DNA from: an uncultured archaeon | Lineage (GTDB): Archaea; Iainarchaeota; Iainarchaeia; Iainarchaeales; CSSED10-239 | Direction: 5' to 3' | Assembly: GCA_964496765.1 (NCBI GenBank) | Contig: CAZCAP010000002.1 | Span: 33,694 to 97,693, forward strand | DNA length: 64,000 nt | Part shown: piece by piece, positions 22,301 through 30,733 of the stretch | Position numbering within the stretch: position 1 is the stretch's first letter | How the letters are laid out: the number at the start of each line of letters is the position of its first letter | Notes under the pieces: model-generated | Databases searched by the model: none | What the model was told of the DNA's origin: nothing | The model's input: only the letters and a program-made list of their open reading frames with translations | Position numbers and translations under genes: made by a program

Positions 22301-22867
22301 ATGTTTGAAGATTTTAGTTTAGATGAGTTATATGCACAAAATTATTTTCCGGGAATCACAACAGCAGACATAGAAAGATATGAAAAAATACAAAGTTTCT
22401 TGGACACACAAAAATTAAGTGCAGAGATTTCAAAATTCAAACAAAATTTAGCTGAAAAAAACTATGAGGATGCAAAAAATGCAATATCTAGTGAAACATT
22501 AACAAGAATAAAAAACGTAATATCAGAAAACGAATTCATTAACACAGAATTCACAAAAATAAAAACAGATTCTAAGAACATACTTAATAAATATATAGAA
22601 GACAATAAAGACACTCACAAACAAGAAATAAAAGAAAAAATAACACTAGGAAAAGAATATTATACAAATGGTAAATATCTTAATACGATAAGCACACTTC
22701 AGGAAACCAAAATTAACTCAAAAACAATGAAAAGCAACCAAATATTAATTGTGGTTACGATTTTATTCATTCTACTATTATTAGGACTCTACTATAGACT
22801 TGGTAAAAAGAAAAAGAAAGAAGAGAGCTACCAAGAACGTAAAAAAAGAGTAATTAGACATAATTAA
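19310..22867 (+). CDS. Very large N/K/I/E-rich surface protein. It has an N-terminal signal with a lipobox-like LSGC and a C-terminal TM anchor with a basic tail. It is a putative S-layer protein or adhesin.
   Basis: 1185 aa. The N-terminus is MNYKLFILTPIIVLLIILSGC and the C-terminus is ...ILIVVTILFILLLLGLYYRLGKKKKKEE. It is low-complexity throughout and starts with GTG. Confidence 0.5.
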   Translation: MNYKLFILTPIIVLLIILSGCIHLLSTAEREACLSATHFSTNSIDSCETQKECYNKIINNYEISNKLPLSIYNNNITYLNNIASASFNFNQSTKYIKELNKSCDTEDVNKIIKNSNDLFANLRNIFEYIDKANAESIILIKDYAIYLENEGIEEIPEEEIYSEYITINNNLNELRVDSKNENYIHQLIEESANLNIVAKDFGFTKNYISNVNYIDLTSYYLKLIEDPSGEIRVPTIVPGLNYVLGELSALEQLKNITINLQRADNYNFYIILDRFVGKNNSLYSEFSEISTKINTEINKIYETISDLETKIEDNEMYISQTNYFTYYAAKTNFREKNIGFGTYLSMLKKIDNELNINKINEFDQNTIIKEKLKDCEVIIKSAEKVNNTYLNKLIKNYKTELNLEKKEMLCNQINFEISNPDCLINLENVLNANINEFEEYREIYLNNITPEDCTNIINNINNQLEMNNKIRLLKEIIKDNSLKYTEINLKIAVNDFEKKITIIDINSEINKIKNNPNYKLYLNIDEKIEDQQKINLKLIDIAREIENEYLQENNRIELIDSNYYLVVLNLFRFELNNIEFELNDQDTDIYFHTQGIRITKNTILIERLFLNKNYFQIDYENKKEITTKLLKLGLDNTLFEITIKNQIIGITDKIYISPDKKTINGIVDEKNYLNYITEQENKILYTQDILSNTILSNKYEKITTDKYTNIIELKIKNNYTSTITGELKLIDVDESTDEYVAYILKINNREQNAYFENGGIYTIINLGKGEENIYELQTAYGLKEIISVAKDNLLEMNRLKNSYFLDLKKEATTAFSSVNNLIVDMDSKIEDLQLIFIKENKINELKIKEKDYILAENAFFILYNELLNASLSQANKIKIEKLNDEKYTNIKGNLIKLQLIEKNNNLEKEAKKIEEKNTNYNKLQELKAKISDYNINDNKLNELILNADYMNQIDLNLIEETINENLKIQVIKIDDVILYLDGFNQNTENNTIDKIKWMFEDFSLDELYAQNYFPGITTADIERYEKIQSFLDTQKLSAEISKFKQNLAEKNYEDAKNAISSETLTRIKNVISENEFINTEFTKIKTDSKNILNKYIEDNKDTHKQEIKEKITLGKEYYTNGKYLNTISTLQETKINSKTMKSNQILIVVTILFILLLLGLYYRLGKKKKKEESYQERKKRVIRHN

Positions 22868-22938
22868 AATAAAGCAATATTAAAAAAGCTATGTTAATAT
22901 TATATATTAATAAGTATAAACATAGTGTGTGATGAATT

Positions 22939-24117
22939 ATGAAAAAAACTATATTTTTAGTGGTGCTATTAATATTAGCAATTATTGCTATGCCAATAAT
23001 AAATGCAGAAAAAATATCTGAAAAAACTCTGTTGGATCTGGGATATAATGATTTCAGTATAGATAAAATGAATTCTGATTGTAAGAGTTACACATTAACT
23101 GATGTTTCGTTGGATGCATCAGCAAACTATGTGCTTCAATTAAAAATTGCAAATTATATTCCTTTAAACCAGAAGGATAACGTTACCATAAAAACATACC
23201 TAAACAACGCACTTGTTAAGGAAATTAAAAATGAAGATATAAAAGAGCGTAATCTTATTGAACTTGTTGATTATCAGAATAACAGTACACTAAGTATTTG
23301 TGTGGATAATAATTTCATTCCAAGACTAGTAATCTCAAAATATACAATAGTTGGTAGTTACCTATTGCCAGTTATTAGAGAATCTGATTTTTACCAAGTG
23401 GTTCCAGATAAGATTTATAAAAACACACTAACTCCTGTAGATATATTTGTTAAAAATAGTGGAGTTAGAGATATATCAGTAGTTATTTTTAATGCAAGTA
23501 AAGAGTTTTCAAAGAATTCAAGCCTAGATAATGTATCTGGGGAAACAACCTTCGAAGGAATAATAAAAGCAGGAGAGACAAAAAATTTAAAGTATTTTAT
23601 TAAAACATCAAATGAAACTAATTACGTAACTCCTAGAGCAACATTAAAATACACAAACGAATTTGGAGAAGAAATCACAATATACACACAACAGGAAAAA
23701 ATTAAAATAAATGATCTACAAACTAAATTAGATATTTCTCTAGAAATAAACAGAGAAATCACAACAAAGGTTGATTCGTTTGGTAAAATAATATTAAGGA
23801 ATGTTTCTGAAGATGATCTAGAAAATATATACATAGTTCCTAAATTTGATGGAACAATAGAAGTGTATACTCCACAGATAGCAAGATTGGATAGAAAAGA
23901 GGTTGTTGAAATTCAATTCAAATTAAATACATTAGTATCTAAGGATCATGATCTAAGCTTCAATATCTATTATGACACTCCAACTGAAAGTAATAAAAAT
24001 GTTGGTTCACAGAAAATAACAATCACATCTGTTCCAGAGGATAACACAAACACACAAATTATTGCTGTTCTTATTGCAATAACTTTTGTTTTGTTTATTT
24101 GGATATTTAAATTTTAA
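22939..24117 (+). CDS. Surface protein with N-terminal signal peptide and C-terminal TM anchor
   Basis: 392 aa. The N-terminus is MKKTIFLVVLLILAIIAMPIINA and the C-terminal anchor is IIAVLIAITFVLFIWIFKF. Beta-rich middle region. Confidence 0.5.
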   Translation: MKKTIFLVVLLILAIIAMPIINAEKISEKTLLDLGYNDFSIDKMNSDCKSYTLTDVSLDASANYVLQLKIANYIPLNQKDNVTIKTYLNNALVKEIKNEDIKERNLIELVDYQNNSTLSICVDNNFIPRLVISKYTIVGSYLLPVIRESDFYQVVPDKIYKNTLTPVDIFVKNSGVRDISVVIFNASKEFSKNSSLDNVSGETTFEGIIKAGETKNLKYFIKTSNETNYVTPRATLKYTNEFGEEITIYTQQEKIKINDLQTKLDISLEINREITTKVDSFGKIILRNVSEDDLENIYIVPKFDGTIEVYTPQIARLDRKEVVEIQFKLNTLVSKDHDLSFNIYYDTPTESNKNVGSQKITITSVPEDNTNTQIIAVLIAITFVLFIWIFKF

Positions 24118-25883
24118 ATGATCCTCTTAAACATCTTTTCTATTTCTTTTTGAGAGAAATAAATTATGGTTGGTCTACCATGTGCACAAATGGTTTTATC
24201 TTCACAATTTTCTAAATCAGAAATAAGTTTTACTTGTTCTAAATAAGTTAGTGGCTTATTTGCTTTAATAGAGTTCTTACATGTGAATAATTTAATTAAA
24301 TTATCTTTTAGTTTATCTACTGTGTTTTCCTTATTTTTCAGATCTTCTAGGGTATTTATAAAATAATTAACATCTAAATAGTTGTTTAGGAACTTGGGGA
24401 TTGTGCTGAGGAAATAGTCTTGCTTTTGTTTTTCAATCACAAAACCAAGTATAGCTAATTCACCTTTATTTTTTTGAATCATATCTTTCTGATCTTCAGA
24501 AAGCTTATCTAATTTTATTCCAGAAATTAATTTTTGTTTATCAAAACTAGATCCATGTGTTAATCTATTTTTTTCAAGATTAATTCTTTCTGCGGCCGCG
24601 TGTTGATCAACAAGCAACGTACCTGTTGTGGTTTCACAAACTATATAAGTATCATGAACCTGACCAATCACTTTTGTGATTTGGTGATTATTTAATTGCA
24701 AAGTATTTGGTTTTTGAGGGGCAGAAGTATTTGAGGAGTATATGCTTGATTGAGTTTTCTTAAAGTCTGTAAGAATTGATTTGGATGAATCAAAAAATGC
24801 ATAGCTAGAATTAATTTTATTAGTTGATGAATTTTTTTGATCTTTGCTTAGGGTAGGAATAGAAAAGGAAAAGTCACCAAGAGATCTCGAAATTACAACA
24901 TCATCTTTTTCTCTATATAGCTCTTTTTCAATAGCTTCTTTTAATAGGGAAAGAAAGATCATCTCATTTTGAAGTTTTACTATTCTTTTCTTTGGGTGTA
25001 CGTTCACATCTATTGTTTTTGGATCTAATTCAATAAACAAAACAAAGAATGGTTTTTGTTGTACCATTAAATAATCTCTATAGCAGGAGGTTATTGTTTT
25101 TTGAACATGGGTTGAATAAACATATCTTTTGTTAATAAACAAAAAGTTGGTTGGAAAATAAAATTGGTTGGTTGGTGCACTAATTAACCCAGATAATTTA
25201 AATAAATCAGTAGATGTATTGATTGGAATGGTTTTGCTTTTAATATCAATTCCAAAAATTTGATTATATCTTTGTTCTTTTGTTGAACTAGGGAAAATAG
25301 TTTTTTTCTTTTCAGAATCAAAGGAAAAACGAATATCGGGATATAGTAAAACATAGGCAAGAAACATATCATATATTAAAGTAAATTCGGCTGATTTTGA
25401 TTTTAAAAATTTCTTTCTTACTGGTTGGTTATAAAATAAATCCTTAACTATAATTGAGGTTCCTTTTTGGGAGGTGATTTCTTTTATTACATTATTTTCT
25501 AAAACACACCCTTTTCCTGTATCATCTGTGGAGGTAATGATTACTAATCTAGAAACTGCATTTACACTAGCGAGTGCTTCTCCTCTAAAACCAAATGTAT
25601 CTAATGAATATAATTCATCTATGTTTGTTAATTTACTTGTTGTGTGGCGTTCTGTACAAATTTCTAAATCAGATTTAGATATACCAATTCCATCATCTTT
25701 AATTTCTAATAAATCAATTCCTGAATTTTTAATAGATATAGAAATTTGTTTAGCACCTGCGTCTATTGAATTTTCAATAAGTTCTTTAAGTATATCTACT
25801 GGTCCTTCTATTACTTCACCAGCACTAATTAAATTTATTGTTTTTTCATTTAGTTTTTTGATCACCATACAATCACAGGTCAT
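24114..25883 (-). CDS. mutL: DNA mismatch repair protein MutL (endonuclease-type)
   Basis: 589 aa. The N-terminal GHKL ATPase reads LISAGEVIEGPVDILKELIENSIDAG. The C-terminal endonuclease motif DQHAAAERINLE (DQHAxxExxxxE) is present. The gene overlaps the mutS stop by 4 nt. Confidence 0.9.
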   Translation of the reverse strand: MTCDCMVIKKLNEKTINLISAGEVIEGPVDILKELIENSIDAGAKQISISIKNSGIDLLEIKDDGIGISKSDLEICTERHTTSKLTNIDELYSLDTFGFRGEALASVNAVSRLVIITSTDDTGKGCVLENNVIKEITSQKGTSIIVKDLFYNQPVRKKFLKSKSAEFTLIYDMFLAYVLLYPDIRFSFDSEKKKTIFPSSTKEQRYNQIFGIDIKSKTIPINTSTDLFKLSGLISAPTNQFYFPTNFLFINKRYVYSTHVQKTITSCYRDYLMVQQKPFFVLFIELDPKTIDVNVHPKKRIVKLQNEMIFLSLLKEAIEKELYREKDDVVISRSLGDFSFSIPTLSKDQKNSSTNKINSSYAFFDSSKSILTDFKKTQSSIYSSNTSAPQKPNTLQLNNHQITKVIGQVHDTYIVCETTTGTLLVDQHAAAERINLEKNRLTHGSSFDKQKLISGIKLDKLSEDQKDMIQKNKGELAILGFVIEKQKQDYFLSTIPKFLNNYLDVNYFINTLEDLKNKENTVDKLKDNLIKLFTCKNSIKANKPLTYLEQVKLISDLENCEDKTICAHGRPTIIYFSQKEIEKMFKRII

Positions 25884-28381
25884 TCTTTATAATCAGTAAT
25901 TTCTTTTTGAGGTTTAATTTTTCTTGGATCTCCAGGAGATGGAGATTCATTTTTTGTATTTAAATCCTTTGAAGAGTTTAATTTAAGGAATTCATCATCT
26001 TCTAAAGCTTTTTGAATTACTAATGCATTTTGAATTACAGTATCAGAAATTCCTGCCATTTTTGCAACCTGAATACCATAACTCTTGTTTATACCACCAA
26101 TCATTAGTTTATGATAGAAATGAAGGTTTGATCCTTCTTCCTCTGCAGTAACATGATAATTATTTAATCCATCATACTTCTCTTGCATTCTGTTTAATAA
26201 ATGATAATGAGTTGCAACCAGAGTCTTACATTTTGTTTCATTGTTTAATTGGTCAACAATCGCCCATGCTAAACTTAATCCATCATAGGTACTTGTTCCT
26301 CTTCCAATCTCATCAAGTATCACAAATGAGTTTTTGGTTGCGTGATTAAGAATATACGCAACTTCTGACATTTCAACAAGAAAAGTACTTTGACCATGAA
26401 GAATATCATCGGAGGCACCAACCCTTGTAAAAACACCATCAACAATTCCAATCTCTGAATCAGTTGCAGGAATGAAAGAACCCATTTGTCCAAGAATTAT
26501 AGCAAGACATACACTTCTCATATAACTACTTTTTCCTGCCATATTTGGACCAGTAATTATCATTGTCCTATTACTATTTGTTAAATCACAATCATTTGGA
26601 ATGAAATCCACTAGCGTCTCAATTATTGGATGTCTTAAATCTTTAAAATAAACTTTATCGGATGTTGTTAATTTTGGTTTAGAGTAATTATTAGATATTG
26701 CTATTTTTGCATGAGAAGCACAAGTATCTAGTGCACCCAATTGCTTTGCAATAGATTGTATTTGTTCTTGGAATTTAATTACAAATTTACATATATCCAA
26801 GAAAATAATATATTCTAACTCTATCCTCTTATCTTCTGAATTTAAATATATTCCTTCTTTTTCAATTAATTCTTTTGTTGTGAATCTTTCTGCATTTACT
26901 AACGTTTGTTTTCTTTCAAAATAATCAGGAACTGTTTTTAATTGTGCCTTAGGAACTTCAATATAGTAGCCATAGACTTTGTTATATTTTAGTTTTAAGG
27001 ATTTAATGTTTGTTTCATTTCTTAGTCTTGCTTCAAATTCAACAACCCAGGAATTTATGTATTTATGAGTATTTATTAAATCACTTAATTCCTTTGAATA
27101 ATTTGGGTTAATAAATTTACCATCTCTCACACTAAATGGAGGGTCTTCAACTATTGATTCATCTAACACCTTTCTTAATTCTTCAAGATCGATTAGATTA
27201 TCCCTAATTAATTTTAAATTTATTGAATTAGTGTCCAACAGAGTTGATTTTATTTTTGGAATTACCTCTAAACTTTGACGAAGAGAAACTAAATCCCTTG
27301 GAGATGCATTTCCAAATCCAACTTTACTTATGACCCTATCCAAATCACTAATGTAAGCTAAATCATTAGTTATGTTTTCAAGTAGGGTATAATCTTCAAT
27401 GAATTCACTAACTGAATCTTGTATTCTAGTTGCCTCTGATTTATCTAGAAGAGGATGAAGTATATCGAAATAAAGTTTTCTAAATCCCATTGCGGTTTTG
27501 GTTTTATTAATTAGATTAAATAAAGAATCTTTGTGGGTGTTATCCTGGAGATTTGTAATTAATTCTAGGTTTCTCACAGTTTTTTTATCTAACTTAAGAT
27601 ATTTATTAGAATCTAGTTGTTTAATTGTATTAATGTATTTTAATTCAGAAAATTGTGTTTCTTTTAAATATTTAAGTGCATTATATGCAGATATATAGGT
27701 TTCATTATTATTGATTCCAAAAGAATCAAGAGTTTTTAAATTAAAATGATTCTTAAGTTCTTCTTCAGAAAGATTTGAATCTAAATTATCTGTGTAATTT
27801 ATGATTGTATGTGGAATTATTTTTTTAATATTATCAATAATCGTTTGATATTTTAAAATATTTTTTGTTAATATTAATTCTTTTGGTTTAATCAAACTCA
27901 ATTCATTAAAAATATCATTTACTGTAGTAAAAAAACCAATCTTAAACTCACCGGTTGTAATATCAACCAGAGAAAACCCAAAAGCATCTTTAATTTGAGA
28001 GATTGAACATAAAAAATTATTTTCATAGGATTCTGAAAATAAAGTACTAGGTGTTATTACTCTAGTTACTGCTCTTTTTACAATTCCTTTAGCTAATTTG
28101 GGATTTTCTACTTGTTCGCAAACAACAACCTTCTTTCCTGCCTTAATTAGCTTGTTTATGTATGGATCTATTGAGTGGTATGGAATTCCTGCGAGTGGTG
28201 CCTCTGTTTCACCCTTACCTCTCTTTGTTAATGTTATATTTAGTATTAGAGACGCTGTTTTAGCATCATCATAAAACATTTCATAAAAATCTCCTGCCCT
28301 AAATAACAATATACCATCAGGATATTCTTTTTTTACTGCAATGTATTGTTTCATCATTGGGGTTAGTATTTTTCCATCCAT
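25880..28381 (-). CDS. mutS: DNA mismatch repair protein MutS (MutS1 type)
   Basis: 833 aa. The Walker A is TGPNMAGKSSYMRS and the signature is ...STFLVEMSE... An N-terminal mismatch-binding domain (FYEMFYDDA) is present. Confidence 0.9.
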   Translation of the reverse strand: MDGKILTPMMKQYIAVKKEYPDGILLFRAGDFYEMFYDDAKTASLILNITLTKRGKGETEAPLAGIPYHSIDPYINKLIKAGKKVVVCEQVENPKLAKGIVKRAVTRVITPSTLFSESYENNFLCSISQIKDAFGFSLVDITTGEFKIGFFTTVNDIFNELSLIKPKELILTKNILKYQTIIDNIKKIIPHTIINYTDNLDSNLSEEELKNHFNLKTLDSFGINNNETYISAYNALKYLKETQFSELKYINTIKQLDSNKYLKLDKKTVRNLELITNLQDNTHKDSLFNLINKTKTAMGFRKLYFDILHPLLDKSEATRIQDSVSEFIEDYTLLENITNDLAYISDLDRVISKVGFGNASPRDLVSLRQSLEVIPKIKSTLLDTNSINLKLIRDNLIDLEELRKVLDESIVEDPPFSVRDGKFINPNYSKELSDLINTHKYINSWVVEFEARLRNETNIKSLKLKYNKVYGYYIEVPKAQLKTVPDYFERKQTLVNAERFTTKELIEKEGIYLNSEDKRIELEYIIFLDICKFVIKFQEQIQSIAKQLGALDTCASHAKIAISNNYSKPKLTTSDKVYFKDLRHPIIETLVDFIPNDCDLTNSNRTMIITGPNMAGKSSYMRSVCLAIILGQMGSFIPATDSEIGIVDGVFTRVGASDDILHGQSTFLVEMSEVAYILNHATKNSFVILDEIGRGTSTYDGLSLAWAIVDQLNNETKCKTLVATHYHLLNRMQEKYDGLNNYHVTAEEEGSNLHFYHKLMIGGINKSYGIQVAKMAGISDTVIQNALVIQKALEDDEFLKLNSSKDLNTKNESPSPGDPRKIKPQKEITDYKE

Positions 28382-28422
28382 AATTAAAACACATACAAAA
28401 TTCTTTAAAAAGAGATTTATTA

Positions 28423-28496
28423 TGGGCTCGGGGGGATTTGAACCCCCGACACATAGGTCTTCAGCCTATTGCTCTCCCAGGCTGAGCTACGAGCCC
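28423..28496 (-). tRNA. tRNA-Phe (GAA)
   Basis: Reverse complement is GGGCTCGTAGCTCAGCCTGGGAGAGCAATAGGCTGAAGACCTATGTGTCGGGGGTTCAAATCCCCCCGAGCCCA. A cloverleaf with a 7-bp acceptor stem folds. The anticodon loop CTGAAGA gives anticodon GAA. Confidence 0.85.
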
Positions 28497-28531
28497 CATA
28501 CATCTCCTGGCATAACTATAATAGATTTTGA

Positions 28532-28606
28532 TGAGCTTGAGGGGATTCGAACCCCTGACACCCGGATTAAAAGTCCGGTGCTCTAGCCAGACTGAGCTAC
28601 AAGCCC
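28532..28606 (-). tRNA. tRNA-Lys (UUU)
   Basis: Reverse complement is GGGCTTGTAGCTCAGTCTGGCTAGAGCACCGGACTTTTAATCCGGGTGTCAGGGGTTCGAATCCCCTCAAGCTCA. The anticodon stem is CCGGA/TCCGG and the loop CTTTTAA gives TTT. Confidence 0.85.
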
Positions 28607-28633
28607 TCTATTTATTATAGTTGTTGATGACCA

Positions 28634-28708
28634 TGAGCTCGGGGGGATTCGAACCCCCGACACCTGGATTAAGAGTCCAGTGCTCTAGCCAGACTGAGCT
28701 ACGAGCCC
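28634..28708 (-). tRNA. tRNA-Lys (CUU)
   Basis: Reverse complement is GGGCTCGTAGCTCAGTCTGGCTAGAGCACTGGACTCTTAATCCAGGTGTCGGGGGTTCGAATCCCCCCGAGCTCA. The anticodon loop CTCTTAA gives CTT. Confidence 0.85.
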
Positions 28709-28809
28709 GCAAAAACATACAATAAATAAAAACATAAATAAAATAAATACTTATCAATTTGAATATAATGTGCAATTCGTTTTAAAAATGTATTTTATAT
28801 AATATATTT

Positions 28810-29352
28810 ATGGGTAAAAAGATTTATAAAGTAAATATATTAAAGTTGGATCACAGACCAGAAAGAGATAAAAGAATAACTACACACTGTGCATTGGTTT
28901 CTCGTGCTCTTGGAGCAGATGAATTTTATTATTCTGGTATTGAGGATTATAGGTTACATGATAATATAAATAAAATTGTTAAAAAATGGGGTGGGGCCTT
29001 TAAAATAAATTATTGTGCATCTCCAACCACTCATATAAAAGAATTTAAAAAGAAAAAAGATGTGATTGTAATTCATTTAACAATGTATGGTGAACAGGTT
29101 GTAAAAATTATTAAAAATATTAAATTTAAAAAAAATATTCTCTTTATAGTTGGTGGGCCAAAAGTACCTAGAGTTTATTATGATCTTGCAGATTATAACG
29201 TCTCAATAACAAATCAACCACACAGTGAGGTTGCAGCACTAGCAATATCTCTATATTTTATATTTCCAGAAAAACTTGATGAAGATACCTTTAATGGGGA
29301 TATTAAAATCATTCCTAATGAAAATAGAAAGAATGTTATTAACTTAAAATAA
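28810..29352 (+). CDS. tRNA (cytidine56-2'-O)-methyltransferase aTrm56 (SPOUT family)
   Basis: 180 aa. [33 protein letters not shown] matches the aTrm56 signature ([24 protein letters not shown]). Confidence 0.75.
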   Translation: [180 protein letters not shown]

Positions 29353-29393
29353 GATAGTATCATAATTATATATATATTAATTATTTTCAGGTA

Positions 29394-29972
29394 GTGATAA
29401 TTATGAATAAGTTAAAAAAAGAATTACTAAGTGAGAAAAATACAAACTATTTTTTAGAACAAATCGCAGGGCCATTAGCCCCTAGTGTTGTTAAGATATT
29501 CAGCACTGAAGCGCTATCCCCTGAAGATATATCTAAGAAACTCAAACAAAAGATAACAACAGTAAGATCAACCTTAAATAGTTTGCATTATAGAGGGATT
29601 GCCTGTTATAAGAAAAAAAGAAACGAAAACAACATGTATGAATTTCTTTGGGAAATTAAATTCAAAAAAATAATAGAAATATTATTATTACAAGAAATGA
29701 AAAAATATAAGAAAAACGAAGATAATATTAATGATAAGGAAGTACATGATTTTTTCTATTGCCCAAATAAATGCACAGAGGTTGCTTTTGAAATTGCAGC
29801 AGCCTATGACTTTAAGTGTCCAACATGTGGAAAGGGGTTAGAAATCGTAAATACAAAAAATAAAATTGTAAATCTTAAAAAACAAAATAAGCAAATTGCA
29901 GAAAGTATTAAAAAACTTGAAAGTCTTATTGAAAAAATTAAAGATAATACAAATGGATACATTTGTGATTAA
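29394..29972 (+). CDS. tfe: Transcription factor E (TFIIE-alpha homologue): winged helix plus C-terminal zinc ribbon
   Basis: 192 aa. An N-terminal wH region is followed by CPNKCTEVAFEIAAAYDFKCPTCGKGLE, a Zn ribbon with the TFE-like F..A....F pattern. Confidence 0.55.
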   Translation: MIIMNKLKKELLSEKNTNYFLEQIAGPLAPSVVKIFSTEALSPEDISKKLKQKITTVRSTLNSLHYRGIACYKKKRNENNMYEFLWEIKFKKIIEILLLQEMKKYKKNEDNINDKEVHDFFYCPNKCTEVAFEIAAAYDFKCPTCGKGLEIVNTKNKIVNLKKQNKQIAESIKKLESLIEKIKDNTNGYICD

Positions 29973-30069
29973 AAGTACCTTTTATATAGATTTTGGTAGC
30001 ATAAATTAATATTTAGTACCTCTACTTTTAATAATATTATATTATTAAAGAAAAATATAGTAAAATAAT

Positions 30070-30144
30070 AGCGGGGTGGGGCAGCCTGGAGTGCCCGTCG
30101 GGCTCATAACCCGAAGGTCGATGGTTCAAATCCATCCCCCGCTA
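30070..30144 (+). tRNA. Initiator tRNA-Met (CAU)
   Basis: AGCGGGGTGGGGCAGCCTGGAGTGCCCGTCGGGCTCATAACCCGAAGGTCGATGGTTCAAATCCATCCCCCGCTA. An A1:U72 pair and three consecutive G:C pairs closing the anticodon stem (GGG/CCC) are archaeal initiator hallmarks. Anticodon is CAT. Confidence 0.85.
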
Positions 30145-30190
30145 TAACTTTTTTTATAAAAACAACAATATATTTAAAAATAACGAGTTC

Positions 30191-30210
30191 TTGTTATATT
30201 TGTTGGACAC
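30191..30210 (+). repeat. Copy A of the dispersed 20-mer TTGTTATATTTGTTGGACAC, 46 nt downstream of tRNA-iMet
   Basis: Exact 20-mer. It is shared with copies at 42037..42056 (minus), 33859..33877 (minus, 19 nt), 38522..38541 (1 mismatch), 45975..45993 (minus, in coding sequence) and 63903..63922 (in coding sequence). Confidence 0.6.
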
Positions 30211-30376
30211 AAATTCTAATTATCAAACTAATTATTTAAAGGCCTTAAAAAACGCTAAACCATATAAAAAAGGGGAAAAAGCTCCTAATTTAGCAAAAAA
30301 GGAAAATAAGTGGTTAAAATCAAATATAAACCTATATAAAACCACAAAAGTAACTATATTTCATGGTAATTACTAG
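30191..30376 (+). CDS. Small ORF (61 aa, TTG start) beginning exactly at the 20-mer copy. Questionable as an independent gene.
   Basis: MLYLLDTNSNYQTNYLKALKNAKPYKK... The LLYLLD segment is encoded by the same 20-mer and in the same frame as the last codons of the HD gene at 33848..34756. Confidence 0.2.
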   Translation: MLYLLDTNSNYQTNYLKALKNAKPYKKGEKAPNLAKKENKWLKSNINLYKTTKVTIFHGNY

Positions 30377-30733
30377 TAATTTTAAAGTAATTACCTAAAA
30401 TTAGATTTAAAATAACTAAATAAACACACCACATATACATAAATTTAATAACTACTATAATTAAAATTATAAAAAGTAGCAGATATCATAAAAATAATGA
30501 TTTTTGTTATGTATCAACCACTGTAATTACTATAATTACCATATAAGCGCTTAAGTAATTACCAGCGTTACAGAAAGCTTTATAATAATTACGGTAATTA
30601 CTATAATAGATAACTATGAATTTAAAAGATATATTCAAAGGATTTACTAATATATTCAAATCCAGAAATAAACCAGATAACACAAATATCAACAATAAAA
30701 AAGATGGTAATTACCATAATGAACGTAATTACG
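30365..30733. repeat. Array of about 9 copies of the 8-bp palindrome GTAATTAC (several extended to 10-bp GGTAATTACC or CGTAATTACG). It resembles an iteron or operator array.
   Basis: Copies are at about 30366, 30387, 30523, 30533, 30555, 30586, 30594, 30706 and 30724. They span the 5' UTR and first codons of the wHTH-like gene. The motif is rare elsewhere in the window. Confidence 0.6.

Noticed and set aside
28341-28586. 81-aa plus-strand ORF in the ORF track
   Set aside because: It lies entirely over tRNA-Phe and tRNA-Lys encoded on the opposite strand. It is an artefact of GC-rich tRNA sequence.
30507-30695. 62-aa minus-strand ORF across the GTAATTAC array
   Set aside because: It is generated by the repeated palindromic motif itself (repetitive NYRNYY translation). 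It is an artefact of the repeat array.
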